Shown here: one piece after another, positions 1 to 13,148 of the stretch
Position numbering within the stretch: position 1 is the stretch's first letter
Layout of the letters: each line of letters begins with the position of its first letter
Assembly: GCF_006345805.1 (NCBI RefSeq)
Contig: NC_043025.1
Span: 14,880,001-14,944,000, forward strand
Source: Octopus sinensis
Taxonomy: Eukaryota
Length of the DNA: 64,000 bases
Direction of reading: 5' to 3'
Translations under genes and position numbers: made by a program
The notes under the pieces: model-generated
Database searches by the model: none
Told to the model about the DNA's origin: nothing
What the model saw: the letters and a program-made list of their open reading frames with translations, nothing else

Positions 1-49
1 TAATGCTGTAGTTAAGGCACAGGAGGGAAAACATATACACTAACTGGGA

Positions 50-722
50 CATGTGTGTGTGAGTGTGTGTGTGTGGAGTGTGTGTGTGTGAGTGTGTGTG
101 TGTGAGTGTGTGTGTGTGAGTGTGTGTGTGAGGTGTGTGTGGTGTGTGTGAGAGTGTGTGTGTGTGTGAGGTGTGGTGTGTGAGTGGTGTGTGAGTGGTG
201 TGAGTGTGTGGTGTGAGAGTGTGTGTGGTGAGAGTGTGTGAAGTGTGTGTGTGTGAGTGTGTGTGTGTGGAGTGTGTGTGAGTGTTTGTGTGTGATTGTT
301 GTGTGTGAGTGTGTGTGTGTGTGAGTGTGTGTGAGTGTGTGTGTTGTGAGTGTGTGTGTGAGTGTGTGTGTGGTGTGTGTGAGAGTGTGGTGTGTGAGGT
401 GTGTGTGAGGTGTGTGTGAGTGGTGTGTGTGTGAGTGTGTGTGTGTGTGAGTGTGTGTGTGAGAGTGTGTGAGTGTGTGTGTCTGTGAGTGAGTGTGTGT
501 GTGAGTCTGTGTGTGAGTGTGTGTGAGTGTACGTGTGAGTGTGTGTGTGTGAGTGTGTGTGAGAGTGTGTGTGTGTGTGTGAGTGTGTTGTGTGTGTGTG
601 TGTGAGTGCGTGAGTGTGTGTGTGTGTGAGAGTATGTGTGTGAGTATGTATGTGTGAGTATATGTGTGAGAGTGTGTTTGAGTGTGTATGTGTGTGTTTA
701 TGTGTGAGTGTGTGTGTGTGTG
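50..722. repeat. (GT)n/(GTGA)n compound microsatellite
   Basis: Direct reading; explains the His/Thr-rich ORF 12..1043. Confidence 0.95.
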
Positions 723-799
723 CTGTAATGATTCTTCAATGTTGCTGCTGCCTGGCAAATTGTATTCAGGACCCTTTAAATACCCATCCACCTCCCTTT

Positions 800-1200
800 C
801 ACCTTTCACTCGTTTCAGTCTTTCGACTGTGGCCATGCTGGGGCACTGCCTTGAAGAAGTTTTAATCAAACAAATTAACTTCATTTCTTGTAGTATTTTT
901 TTTGTATATGTTTCGACCTTCCTTTCTTGGTATATTTTGTTGCCATCAAGTGGTGGGGATGTAAACAAACCAGCACCAGTTGTCAAGCATGAGGGTGGAA
1001 GATAGAATGACAAAGAGACCCGATGATACACACACATATACATATCTATATACGATGGGATTCATTCAGTTTCCATCTAACACTTCTTCTCACAAAGCTT
1101 TGGTCAGCTTGAGACCCTAGCAGAAGACACTTGCCCAAGGTACCATGCTGTGGGACTGAACCCAGAATCATTGGCTGGGGAAGCAAGCTTCTTAACCGAT
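800..1200 (-). mobile_element. tRNA-derived SINE family A, older diverged copy
   Basis: Matches family A motifs (gtttcagtc..ggccatgctgg tail; gaagacacttgcccaagg..gggactgaaccc head). Confidence 0.75.
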
Positions 1201-1207
1201 GTACATA

Positions 1208-1530
1208 CATCATCATCATCATCGTTTAACGTCCGTTTTCCGCGCTAGCACGGGTGGGACGGTTCGACCGGGGTCTGGAAAGCCAGGGGCTGCACCAGGC
1301 TCCAGTCTGATCTAGCAGTGTTTCTATAGCTGGATGCCCTTCCTCACGCCAACCACTCCGCGAGTGTAGTGGGTGCTTTTTACGTGCCACCTACACAGGT
1401 GCCAGGGGAGTCCGGCATCAGCCACGATCGGTTGGTGCTTTTAACGTGCCACCAGCATGGAAGCCAGCCAAGGCGGCGCTGGCATCGGCCACGTTCGGAT
1501 GGTGGTTTTTATGTGCCACCGGCACAGGTA
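1208..1530 (-). mobile_element. 5'-truncated RTE LINE 3' end with (GAT)n tail
   Basis: Same sequence as the 3'UTR attached to the RTE ORF at 18235-19345. Confidence 0.8.
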
Positions 1531-1794
1531 TCACAACTACTATTTCCATTGATATTTATTTCGATGTTCATGTACTTGACTTAATAGGTCTCCTCAAGAA
1601 AACATTTACAAACAAAGTTGACCATATTGAGACCGTTGGACCAAAAGAACATTGGTGGAACTCAAAAATAAAAACATGACCAACCAGGTAGCTTTATGTG
1701 AAAAAGGATCAGTTCTGTGGGGGAAATCAGCTGACCCACCCCAACATGAATGGGGTTAGAAAACTACAAGAGAAAGAAGACGTCTACAGACCAT

Positions 1795-3632
1795 TGGCAA
1801 GGTGGTAGCAAATCCAGTACTCAAGATACACTTCCAGTTTCATACCCATTGTTATTGGAGCTACGAGGCGTCTTGGGAGGCTAGGTCATGTCAGCAGAAT
1901 GGATCCAGGACGGATTCCAAAGGACCTACTGTACGGACAGCTAGCGGAAGGCTCCAGAACAATGGGACGCCCCAAACTGCGTTTCAAGGATATCTGCAAG
2001 AAGGACCTAAAACTTATGCCAGATCAACACCCAAACATGGGAATCCACTGCTGCCGACAGAAGCGTCTAGCGACACAGTGCCATAGAATCCACCCCCCAA
2101 ACATGGGAATCCACTGCTGCCGACAGAAGTGCCTAGCGACACAGTGCCATAAATTCCACCCCCCAAACATGGGAATCCGCCACTGCCGACAGAAGCGCCT
2201 AGCGACACAGTGTCATAAATACCACCCACCAAACATGGGAATCCACTGCTGCCGACAGAAGTGCCTAGCGACACAGTGCCATAAATACCACCCACCAAAC
2301 ATGGGAATCCACTGCTGCCGACAGAAGTGCCTAGCGACACAGTGCCATAAATACCACCCACCAAACATGGGAATCCACTGCTGCCGACAGAAGTGCCTAG
2401 CGACACAGTGCCATAAATACCACCCACCAAACATGGGAATCCACTGCTGCTGACAGAAGTGCCTAGCGACACAGTGCCATAAATACCACCCACAAACATG
2501 GGAATCCACTGCTGCTGACAGAAGTGCCTAGCGACACAGTGCCATAATACCACCCACCAAACATGGGAATCCACTGCTGCTGACAGAAGTGCCTAGCGAC
2601 ACAGTGCCATAAATACCACCCACAAACATGGGAATCCACTGCTGCGGACAGAAGTGCCTAGCGACACAGTGCCATAAATACCACCACCCCCAAACATGGG
2701 AATCCACTGCTGCTGACAGAAGTGCCTAGCGAACAGTGCCATAAATACCACCCACCAAACATGGGAATCCACTGCTGCTGACAGAAGTGCCTAGCGACAC
2801 AGTGCCATAAATACCACCCACCAAACATGGGAATCCACTGCTGCTGACAGAAGTGCCTAGCGACACAGTGCCATAAATACCACCCACCAAACATGGGAAT
2901 CCACTGCTGCTGACAGAAGTGCCTAGCGACACAGTGCCATAAATACCACCCACCAAACATGGGAATCCACTGCTGCTTACAGAAGTGCCTAGCGACACAG
3001 TGCCATAAATACCACCCACCAAACATGGGAATCCACTGCTGCTGACAGAAGTGCCTAGCGACACAGTGCCATAAATACCACCCACCAAACATGAGAATCC
3101 ACTGCTGCTTACAGAAGTGCCTAGCGACACAGTGCCATAAATTCCACCCCCCAAACGTGGGAATCCACTGCTGCCGACAGAAGCGCCTAGCGACACAGTG
3201 CCATAAATCCACCCCCAAACATGGGAATCTGCCGCTGCCGACAGAAGTGCCTAGTGACACAGTGCCATAAATTCCACCCCCCAAACATGGGAATCCACCG
3301 CTGGTGACACAGTGCCATAAATTCCACCCCCCAAACATGGGAATCCACTGCTGCTGACAGAAGTGCCTGGCGACCCAGTGTCAAGCACAGTGCCATGACA
3401 GCAGAGAACCCGAGGACCACAACTGCCAAACTAAAGAGAACCAGGCAAAAGGAGCAGCAGCAGCAGCAGCAGCAACCACAGCTCTCGTCCCCTTTTATTT
3501 GCACCAGATGTGGTAGAGACTGCCACTCGATGATTGGTCTGCACAGCCACACCAGGAAGGGCAGATAAACCCACCACCTTTCCCGAGCTATACCATCGTC
3601 TCTCGAGATGGGCGGATGCCAAAGAAGAAGAT
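1795..3632 (+). mobile_element. RTE/BovB-type LINE 3' fragment containing an internal 66-bp tandem expansion
   Basis: RLGRLGHVSRMDPGRIPKDLLYGQLAEGSRTMGRPKLRFKD before the array; FICTRCGRDCHSMIGLHSHTRK* (Zn-finger-like C-terminus, stop at 3568) after it; short 3'UTR and (GAA)n tail. Confidence 0.85.
2028..3375 (+). repeat. 66-bp minisatellite, about 20 copies
   Basis: Unit ccacccaccaaacatgggaatccactgctgccgacagaagtgcctagcgacacagtgccataaata; 22-aa periodicity in the ORF track. Confidence 0.95.
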
Positions 3633-3816
3633 TTTTGGAGCAACAGGGTACATACTGACCCACCTGGAGCAAAATGTGGAGAGAACCTAAACCCTTAACC
3701 CATAACACTACAAATGATCACCAATATCTGGGATGAAAGAAGTCTACCAGAGCTTCTTCCTAAGTTTGGGACGAACAAAACAAGATACATTCCTTCATAC
3801 ACTTGCAACCATATAT

Positions 3817-4213
3817 GTTTCTTTATTTCCCACAAGGAGCTAAACATAGAGGGGACAAACAAGGACAGACAAAGGGATTAAGTCGATTACATTGACCCCA
3901 GTGTGTAACTGGTACTTAATTTATCGACTCCGAAAGGATGAAAGGCAAAGTCAACCTAAAGACGTAAAGACAGACGAAATACCTATTTCTTTACTACCCA
4001 CAAGGGGCTAAACATAGAGGGGACAAACAAGGACAGACAAAGGGATTAAGTCGATTACAATGACCCCAGTGCGTAACTGGTACTTAATTTATTGACTCCG
4101 AAAGGATGAAAGGCAAAGTCGACCCCAGCGGAATTTGAACTCAGAACATAGTGGCGAGTGAAATACCGTGAAGCAATTCGCCTGGAGTGCTAATGTCTCT
4201 GCCAGCTCGCCAC
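3817..4213 (-). mobile_element. SINE family B (Meta-domain-like), with partial tandem duplication
   Basis: Reverse complement of ggcgagctggcagaa..gagttcaaattccg..gtcgactttgcctttcatcctttcggggtcgataaa; superfamily label is tentative. Confidence 0.8.
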
Positions 4214-4301
4214 CAAATATGGTGGCCGGCCAAAATTTACTGTAAATTCAAAAGAGGACATCCATACATATGTGCATACATATATATGTACATACGTATA
4301 C

Positions 4302-4722
4302 TCTTTTACTCTTTTACTTGTTTCAGTCATTTGACTGCGGCCATGCTGAAGCACTGCCTTTAGTCGAGCAAATTGACCCCGGGACTTATTCTTTGTAAGC
4401 CCAGTACTTATTCCATCGGTCTCTTTTTGCCGAACCGCTAAGTGACGGGGACGTAAACACACCAGCATCTGTTGTCAAACAATGCTAGGGGGACAAACAC
4501 AGACACACAAACACACACACACATATATATATTATATATATATTATATATATTATATATATACATATACGACAGGCTTCTTTCAGTTTCCGTCTACCAAA
4601 TCCACTCACAAGGCATTGGTCAGCCCAGGGCTATAGCAGAAGACACTTGCTCAAGATGCCACGCAGTGGGACTGAACCTGGAACCATGTGGTTGGTAAGC
4701 AAGCTACTTACCACACAGCCAC
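4302..4722 (-). mobile_element. tRNA-derived SINE family A (CORE-like segment)
   Basis: A box TGGCTGTGTGG, B box GGTTCAGTCCC, cttgagcaagtgtctt segment, internal TA/CA linker, gaaacaagtaaaagagt tail. Confidence 0.88.
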
Positions 4723-5059
4723 TATTTGTCTGTCTGTGTGTTTGGATACATTGGACAATGTAGCCATTGATGTATTATGCTTGGAAAACACACAGGTGCT
4801 GGTCATGAGTGGATTGTCTTATGGACAAGAAGAAGAACAACAACAACAACATCAATTGTTTTGAATCTGTTGAGTGATGTCATATACATCCTGTTACACT
4901 GGAATATCCCAGAGGTTGGTGGTGGTGGTGGTGGTCGAGGGGGGGGTTGTACGAGGGCTTCCTGTAGGTTGTTGTTATTGTTACGGGGCTATTTTCATCT
5001 TTCATTAACACTTAACACTTTTAAGTGGTACTTCTACATGAGTGCAAACACATGTATAT

Positions 5060-5611
5060 GTGAACACATGTACACACACACATATATACATACATAAATA
5101 CATATACACATGTAGTACATATACATACACAAATATATTTATGTATATATATACAAATATATATTCATATATATAACCATATATATATATATATGTATCT
5201 ATATATATATATATATATATGTATCTATATATAGATATATATATATGTATCTATATTATATATATGTATGTATATATGTATGTATATATATATGTATGTA
5301 TGTATATATGTATGTATATATAATATGTATGTATGTATATATGTATGTATATATATATATGTATATATATGTTATATATAATATGTATATATATATGTAT
5401 ATATATCTATCTATATATATATATATGTAGTATATATCTATATATATATATATATCTATAGTATCTATATATGTAATATATATCATATACTATATATATT
5501 ATATATATATATATAAGATATATATCTATATATATATATATATATATATCTATCTATATATATAATATATATCTATATATATAAATAGCTATATATCTAT
5601 ATCTCTCTCTC

Positions 5612-5646
<35 letters not shown>

Positions 5647-5837
5647 ATATATATGTATCTCTCTCTCTATATATATATATTATAATAAGAGATATATGTA
5701 TGTATGTATATATGTTATTATATATATATATATACATACATACATACAAACACATACATACATATATATATCATATATATTATTATATATATAATACATA
5801 TATATATATAATATAATAATTATATGATATATATATT

Positions 5838-5885
<48 letters not shown>

Positions 5886-6045
5886 TATATAATATATATA
5901 TATACATATATATATAATATATATATACATATAATATAATATATATATTATATATATATAATATATATATATAATATATATATATATATTCATATATATG
6001 AGAGTGTGTGTGTCTGAATATACATTCACACACACACACACATCG
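5060..6045. repeat. (TA)n-rich compound microsatellite
   Basis: Direct reading. Confidence 0.95.
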
Positions 6046-6223
6046 TCCATATATGTACAATCCCTTTGTCCTCGACCTCCAATTAAACACAGAGACTCAA
6101 CACACAAAATAAATAAATTCATTTGTTTCTTTCTTTATTTGTTTATGTAGTTATTTATTTATTTTGCCCAACAAAGGTCAGATGTCTACTGTTGTTTTTC
6201 TGTTCAGGGCACAATGGTCAACA

Positions 6224-6366
6224 CACTCACACACACACACATACACACACACACTCACACACTTACACACACACATACACACTCACACACACTTACACAC
6301 ACTCACACACACAACACACACACTTACACACACACACTTACACACACACACAACACACACACACAC
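6224..6366. repeat. (CA)n microsatellite
   Basis: Direct reading. Confidence 0.9.
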
Positions 6367-6973
6367 GTTCGTTGATGGAAGTTGACCTGTGACCAAGTAA
6401 GACAACTTCGTAGATCCTTTCACTCTAAGAAACATTTGGTCTCCCTATCATAAATGCTGTCGCGTATGGCCCCTGAGGCCTGCAAGGGACCTACAAGTAA
6501 TTCCACATTGACCACGTCCACCTATAGATGTCAAACAACATGAATGAATGCTCAACATCGCATTGGAGGATAAAAATCCTTTGTTAAGAGAACCACTGGT
6601 TTCATGTTCAGGAAATATCTTGTTTTGATCTGTTTTAAGCCTAAATGGAAACAAAACACCAATTTCTCCATATGATCAGCTGGAAAAATTGCAAAGATGT
6701 TTTCTTAACATGAAATCAATGGTAGCCTTAATCACACACACAATATGTATGTAATATATATATATATATAATATATATATATAATATATATCTAATAAAA
6801 AAGCAACAAGATGAATCCGGTAATTTAGTACAATTGTTTCATACTACAAACATTTTATTAAAAGCTGTAATATTACAGCAGATTTAAGATGGTGAGTAAT
6901 TTCAGCTAATTTATATAGGTTTTCCAAAAATATAAAGTTCTATTCATAAAAGTTCTAATTCTATTCATTTGAA

Positions 6974-7038
<65 letters not shown>

Positions 7039-7261
7039 TACCATACCAGAATGCAAGGCGGACATTAAACAATGATGATGATGATGATGGTAATGATGAT
7101 ATATATATATATTTCATGTTAGGATTAAGTTTGCAAGTTGCAAGACGCAATGAAAAATTTAGAAAAAAAAAGAGAAATAAGTAGAAATTTTACCAGTGAG
7201 TGTGTTAAATTATAAGGCACCAAAAGAGAATGCATCTCCCCAGACACAACAGAATATATAT

Positions 7262-7458
7262 ATAGGGAGAGTTTACGAAAAAAAAACAAAAGATGAAGAC
7301 AGGTGATGTACAAAACAAACAGATGTATTAGTATAACGCTCAGGAATAGAAAAAGTCTTTTATGTTTCGAGCCTATGCTCTTCTACATAAAGGGACACAG
7401 AAAAAAACAAGGAGAGAGAAAAAATATGTGTAGTGGCTAACGATCAATCATGGCGACT
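7262..7458 (-). mobile_element. Penelope-like pseudo-LTR remnant with decayed hammerhead motif
   Basis: TA-flanked; minus strand reads cttt-ATGTAGAA-GAG-catagg-CTC-GAAAC-ATA-aaag (core degenerate). Confidence 0.45.
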
Positions 7459-7496
7459 ATATATATATATAAATATGGCATGGAGTAGATAAGATC

Positions 7497-7585
7497 TGGG
7501 ATACATATGTTTCATAGTGAGTGGAACCTCAGAAGTGGTGAATATCCAGGCAAGTTGTCTACTGCAGGCTACTCGTCAGGCCGAG
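7497..7585 (-). ncRNA. Hammerhead-like motif (canonical core, imperfect stem I)
   Basis: CTGACGA-GTAG..CTAT-GAAAC-ATAT-GTA on minus strand. Confidence 0.45.
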
Positions 7586-8644
7586 GGCATCTTGATTAAA
7601 TCAGAGTTTACATTATTCCAAAGAGATACTCGTTAATGCATGGAAGGTTCAATCAAGAATCTAATTGAATTTTTCCATGTAATCCATGTTTTTTCCAGTC
7701 TATGCTAATGGTGTTGTTGATAATTTTTTCCTAACCCTAATTGATGAAGTCCCCTTATAGAACCATATTCATAAAAAAGTATAGAATTATATTATCACCC
7801 TTAAAATTTGAGAAACAGACACTCATAACTTTTTCCTTTTAAAACTTCTTTCTCATTTCAGATATTATGGGACTGTGTTTACATAATATAATTAATTACA
7901 TTAATTAATACAGATGATGTAATTACACTAATTGCAAATTAGTACTGTCGTTGATAATTTTTTCCTTACCTTAGTGACACCGGTAACAGATATTAAAAGT
8001 CCCTTTATAGAACTATATTTATAAAAAAGTTTAGAATTATATTATCACCCTCAAATTTGAGAAACAAACACTCATAACTTTTTTCTTTTAAAACTTCATT
8101 GCATGAGATACCATGAAATTCCTTGAATTGAGCTCTATCATTTAAGCTAAATTAAAATATAATTTGTTTTTAAAATAAAAAAAGTTAATTATACTTAAAT
8201 CCAATTTCTTGCCTTATATTTTTTTCATATTTTACCTCACAAAATTTTTGATACAAATTTTTGTTGCAGGGAACCAAAAGTATAAAATTCTTCAAGCTTT
8301 CTTCTATCATTGAAGCTAAAATAAATATATTTTGCTTTTTAGGTAAAAGTTATTTAGATCTTAACATGACTGGTGGTATTACTTACTCTCCTATAATGTT
8401 GCTACAAATTTTGATGTAAACTTTTTTTTTCTACTGGATCAAATCTCAAATTTTATTAATGCCAAAATGTAGCTAGGGACCAGTCCTCTTCAGAACTGTT
8501 AACAATTTTCAATATGGTTAAGAACTATATTAGTAACAAGCTCTGAAAGATGCTGCTTGTGAGTAAATTGCGACCTTAAGAATGATATTCGACTATTACC
8601 ATAACTGAATGAAATATATGTGTGTGTGTGTGTGTGTGTATCTA

Positions 8645-9678
8645 TCTATATAAAACTAAGAATGTGTGTCTGTCTGTGTGAATTCCTAAAACTTGAGAAC
8701 TACACAACCAATTTCATTCAAATTTTACACATGTCTTACTTATGGTCCATGTAGTGTCATAGGCCCAAATTTTTTTTAACTCCTTGCCTAGTGCGAGCCC
8801 ACAGCAATATCATATCTTCTACACTATTTCAGTATTACTGTCAAAAGTGAAACAAAAACATCCCTCTATTGTTATGTCAGATGCTTTCACTTTAATACTG
8901 GGTCACACATAGTCCCCAGATGGTAACATTGATTTCAAGGGCTTCCCAGATGAGTGACTGGTTATTCAAAGACATTTATAGATTGTAAATTTATTCCATT
9001 CAGTTATGTATCAGTATAGTGGTCATTTGCAAACTCCAATTTTCATTTCTCCTTAGCCCTCACATCACACAGTTGTTAATGTTTATTTCAGTTGGGTCAC
9101 GCCCTTCCAATTGCTATAGATTCGTAATGCATCTTACGGTTGTGCCTGTCACCTGGATGGTGAGGAATCCTACATTGGGAGTGGTAACGACTAGTGTAGG
9201 GTAGCTAACTGCTTATTGTGATCATTCGTCTTTTGGTTTCCTGTAGCTTTGCTCTCTTTTACAAACCCAGTGAACATATATTTCCTATTTCAAAGAAATT
9301 CAAACAATAGATATAAGACCCAAGTTAAAAAGATTCTCAACAATTCAACTTCTCTGGTTGACATTAACACATCCACGCCCAATAGGGATGTTAACTCTCA
9401 CATTTTAGAGCTCCATGACCTCCATTTTTCAGGAGCAAAATCCTTTTAACAGGTTCTATAAGACTGGAATTTTGGAATAAGCGCATAAAAATCAGTAGTA
9501 TGGGATACATGTGGCACGATTACAATTTTTTTAGGGTGTGTAAAGAGGGAAATAACCCTCATCTGCAATTTTGATGAAATTCAAATCATAGGTATTCCAG
9601 TTCAATACAGAAAATATTACAGAAAAGTCTAATTCTTCAAGTGCATGTGATACGGGCAACGCCAGGTATCTCTGCTAG
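8645..9678 (+). mobile_element. Non-autonomous Helitron
   Basis: 5' TC(tatataaaac), subterminal hairpin-like acgggcaacgccaggta, 3' CTAG. Confidence 0.75.
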
Positions 9679-9685
9679 AATATAT

Positions 9686-10325
9686 AAATAGTGATCAATT
9701 TGGCTGCTACTTCTAATATTTTCGGTATGTGGTTTTGAGCAACTTGTTGCAATTAACCCTTTATTATAATTAATATAATCCTTACCAAATATGGTCTTTT
9801 CCATACCGATAAATCTACTAGGTGAAATTTATTAATTTTATTAAATTAATTATATTTCACCCTTTTTGCATATTGAATACTATTACTCCCTTACAAGAAA
9901 CCTGTGAAACTTCGTTTCGTTGGTAATGTTTTTGTAGCTCACGTGGTAATTTTGGAGGGAAATATGAATTTGCATGTCTGTATAAATGTAGGGGTGCTAG
10001 CAATCCGTTAGATCGTTCGATGTCGCTGGTCGAGCTGGTGTAACGGGTGAGTTTTGTTCCCCTAGCATTTCTAGATTTATAGGAAATATTATATTGACAA
10101 GGAATGAGCCTTCGGTTCTAATCCAGAAACGATTCGTCTATAATTAATCCATAGGCTGGGATTTTCGTTATTTTCTTCTTTTTGCCATATACAGGTTACA
10201 AATTCCTGTTTGTTTGTGGAGACTTTTTTAATATTAGGAGAAATAGTGATCATTTTGGCTGCTATTTCTAATATTTTCGGTATGTGGTTTTGAGCAACTT
10301 GTTGCAATTAACCCTTTATTATAAT
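9686..10325 (+). mobile_element. Penelope-like remnant with ~85-bp terminal direct repeats
   Basis: aaatagtgatca..ttattataat at 9686-9771 and 10241-10325; internal hammerhead; ends in a TA tract. Confidence 0.55.
10088..10144 (+). ncRNA. Type-I hammerhead ribozyme variant (U3-A8)
   Basis: ATTATA-TTGACAA-GGA..GAGCC ttc GGTTC..TCC-A-GAAAC-GATTC-GTC-TATAAT; perfect 6-bp stem I. Confidence 0.6.
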
Positions 10326-10347
10326 TTATATATATATATATATATAT

Positions 10348-11520
10348 ACTCAAATCGTCCTGTCGAAAGACCCTTGTCCTACGTCCTGGTTTTGTTTTGT
10401 TGTTTATTTTTTATTTTTACCGTTATTGTTTTTACGTTTTTGTATTCTTATTGGTGTCACGTATTCTGTATTTTTGTTTGTGTACTTCGATCGTTTTCCG
10501 TCCTTTCGTTGTATACATTCGAAGCTTTCTTCCAGGGGATCTAATGCGCTTGGCTTAGATTTCCCTTGGCGGGCTGGCCATATCGGAGCAATCTCAAGAT
10601 TAATCAGCCGAAATTGCTAAGATGATCTGGTTCTGACTGATGACTGAGGGCTTCGAATGTCCCGTCCTGTGGTTCTTGTGTCGTCTCTGTGGTGTTTCAT
10701 GTTCTTGTCCATGTCTGTATTTAATTTTACTGTTTACCTATATAATCGGCGGCTACGTATCCACAATTGTCCTTATACGATAAGTATTTTTTTTCTCAAG
10801 CTTTGATTACGACTCTTAATCTGTCTCTTTTTCTCTTCTCTCTCTCTCCTCCCTTATTCCACTTCCTTTCTTTCCCTCTCCATCCGTCCCCCCCCCCTTT
10901 CTACGTTTCTCTATCTCTCTCACCTCCAGCCCCCTCGATCTGTCTCTTTCTTCTTCTCCCTCGTCCACCTTCTCTCCCTTTTCATCTGTCCCTTTCTCCT
11001 GTCTTTTGTTCTCACGTGACAGCTAGCCGCTGTTGAGCGCTCTTTTCGTTTTCAGCAGCCTCAGAAGCAACACGTAGTTGTTCGTCTCCCCGTGGCCTTT
11101 AGGCACAACTTCACAAGCCAGCCCCTACTCAAATCGTCCCCGTCGAAAGACCCTTGTCCTACGTCCTGGTTTTGTGTTTGTTGTTTATTTTTTAATTTTT
11201 ACCGTTATTGTTTTTACGTTTTTGTATTCTTATTGTGTCACGTATTCTGTATTTTTGTTTGTGTACTTCGATCGTTTTCCGTCCTTTCGTTGTATACCTT
11301 CGAAGCTTTCTTCCAGGGGATCTAATGCGCTTGGCTTAGATTTCCCTTGGCGGGCTGGCCATATCGGAGCAATCTCAAGATTAATCACCGAAATTGCTAA
11401 GATGATCTGGTTCTTGACTGATGACTGAGGGCTTCGAATGTCCCGTCCTGTGGTTCTTGTGTCGTCTCTGTGGTGTTTCATGTTCTTGTCCATGTCTGTA
11501 TTTAATTTTACTGTTTACCT
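10348..11520. mobile_element. TA-flanked element with two ~390-bp direct repeats (10348-10740, 11127-11520); partial-tandem, possibly Penelope-like
   Basis: Near-identical copies around a pyrimidine-rich spacer; no TG..CA ends; class inferred only. Confidence 0.55.
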
Positions 11521-11624
11521 ATATATATATATATATATATATAAATATAAGTAGAAAATAGTCCCAAGCTGAGGAAAAGCTGCCTCATATATTATCTCAG
11601 CATTTTTGTTCGTTTCTTTTATGT

Positions 11625-12285
11625 TCAACTTGTTTCAGTCATGAAAGTGTGGCCATGCTGGGGCACTGCTTTATAGAATTTCAGGTAAATGAATCAACCC
11701 TGGGACTTATTTTTGATTTTTTATGCTCGATTCTTTTTGTATCGTTTATTATTATTATTATTATTTTTTTTTTTGCTGAATCACTAAGATACAGGGATGT
11801 AAACACACCAACTATACATACATAGATACATACACACATACCTACATATATACGCACACATACATAAATACATACATACACGACAGGCTTCTTTCAGTTT
11901 CCGTCTACCAAATCCACTCACAAGGCTTTGGTCAGCCTGAGCCGCTCACAAGGCTATTGTAGAAGACACTATGGTGCCATACCATGGGACTGAACCTAGA
12001 GCCTTGTGGTTGGGAAGCAAGCTTCTTATTTCTTTATTGCCCACAACGGGCTAAACATAGAGGGAACAAACAAGGACAGACAAAGGGATTAAGTCGATTA
12101 CATCGACCCCAGTGCGAAACTGGTACTTAATTTATCGACCCTGAATGGATGAAAGGCAAAGTTGACCTTCGGCGGAATTTGAACTCAGAACGTAGCGGTA
12201 GATGAAATACCTCTAAGCATTTCGCCCGGCATGCTAACGTTTCTGCCAGCTCGCTGCCTTCTTACCACACAACCAAGCCTGTGCC
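11625..12285 (-). mobile_element. SINE A copy interrupted by SINE B (about 12029-12258)
   Basis: SINE B sits within the SINE A head, flanked by a cttctta duplication. Confidence 0.8.
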
Positions 12286-12809
12286 CTGTATATGGGAGGG
12301 AGTCACTTTGTGTGTGTGTGTGTGTGTAAAGGAATGGTAGTTTGTTGTTAAATGTCTGAGACTGAAATACTTTTAATGAATTTGGGAGAATAATTGTGTT
12401 TTGGAAGTGAGAGCTTTGACCTACATCTTGTGTGTGTTTACATACATCTATATGTATGTGTGTACATGTATAGATATGTGTGTGTGTGTAAGTGTTTATA
12501 AGTGTGTGTGTATGTATGTTAACCTCTGTGTGTGTGTGTGTGTGGTAAGTGTTTAAACAATAGACAAAGAGGGAAGTTGTTATTTTGAAGTGGTCCGTGT
12601 GACATCTTTGTGCAAAAAGACCAGCTGTTTATTGAACTAATTGTCTGTAAAGAAATCCCAGCTGCCTGTTGAGGAATAAAACAAAGGACAAAGAATTTCT
12701 GGGATGGTTCTTTGAATGCCTTGCTTGTCCAGCAATGCCTGACTGTTTGATGTTTGCTTTGAATCTTCGGAAATCCTTGAACATTTGACTGAATATTATT
12801 GGACGAAAT

Positions 12810-13148
12810 GTTTAGGTATTTCGTCTGAGTTCAAATTCCGCTGAGGTCGATTTTGCCTTTCATTCTTACCAGTTGCGCACTGAGGTCGATGTAATCGACT
12901 TAATCCCTTTGTCTGTCCTTGTTTATCCTCTCTGTGTTTAGCCCCTTGTGGGTAATAAAGAAATAAGTATTTCGTCTGCCGTTACGTTCTGAGTTCAAAT
13001 TCTGCCGAGGTCGATTTTGCCTTTCATCCTTTCGGGGTCGATAAATTAAGTACCACTTGCGCACTGGTGTCGATGTAATCGACTTAATCCCTTTGTCTGT
13101 CCTTGTTTGTCCTCTCTGTGTTTAGCCCCTTGTGGGTAGTAAAGAAAT
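12810..13148 (+). mobile_element. SINE B tandem dimer (5' truncated)
   Basis: Two units joined at aaagaaataa|gtatttcgtctg. Confidence 0.8.

Noticed and set aside
12-1043. Long His/Thr, Tyr/Ile and Cys/Val ORFs (also 15806-16849, 59478-60371 and others)
   Set aside because: Translations of dinucleotide microsatellites, which lack stop codons
2028-3375. CRISPR array or Cys-rich repeat protein
   Set aside because: Head-to-tail units with no unique spacers; derived from LINE sequence, with frame-breaking indels
10600-10665. Hammerhead around CTGATGA in the direct repeat
   Set aside because: Could not form stem II or stem I with the nearby GAAA in any permutation
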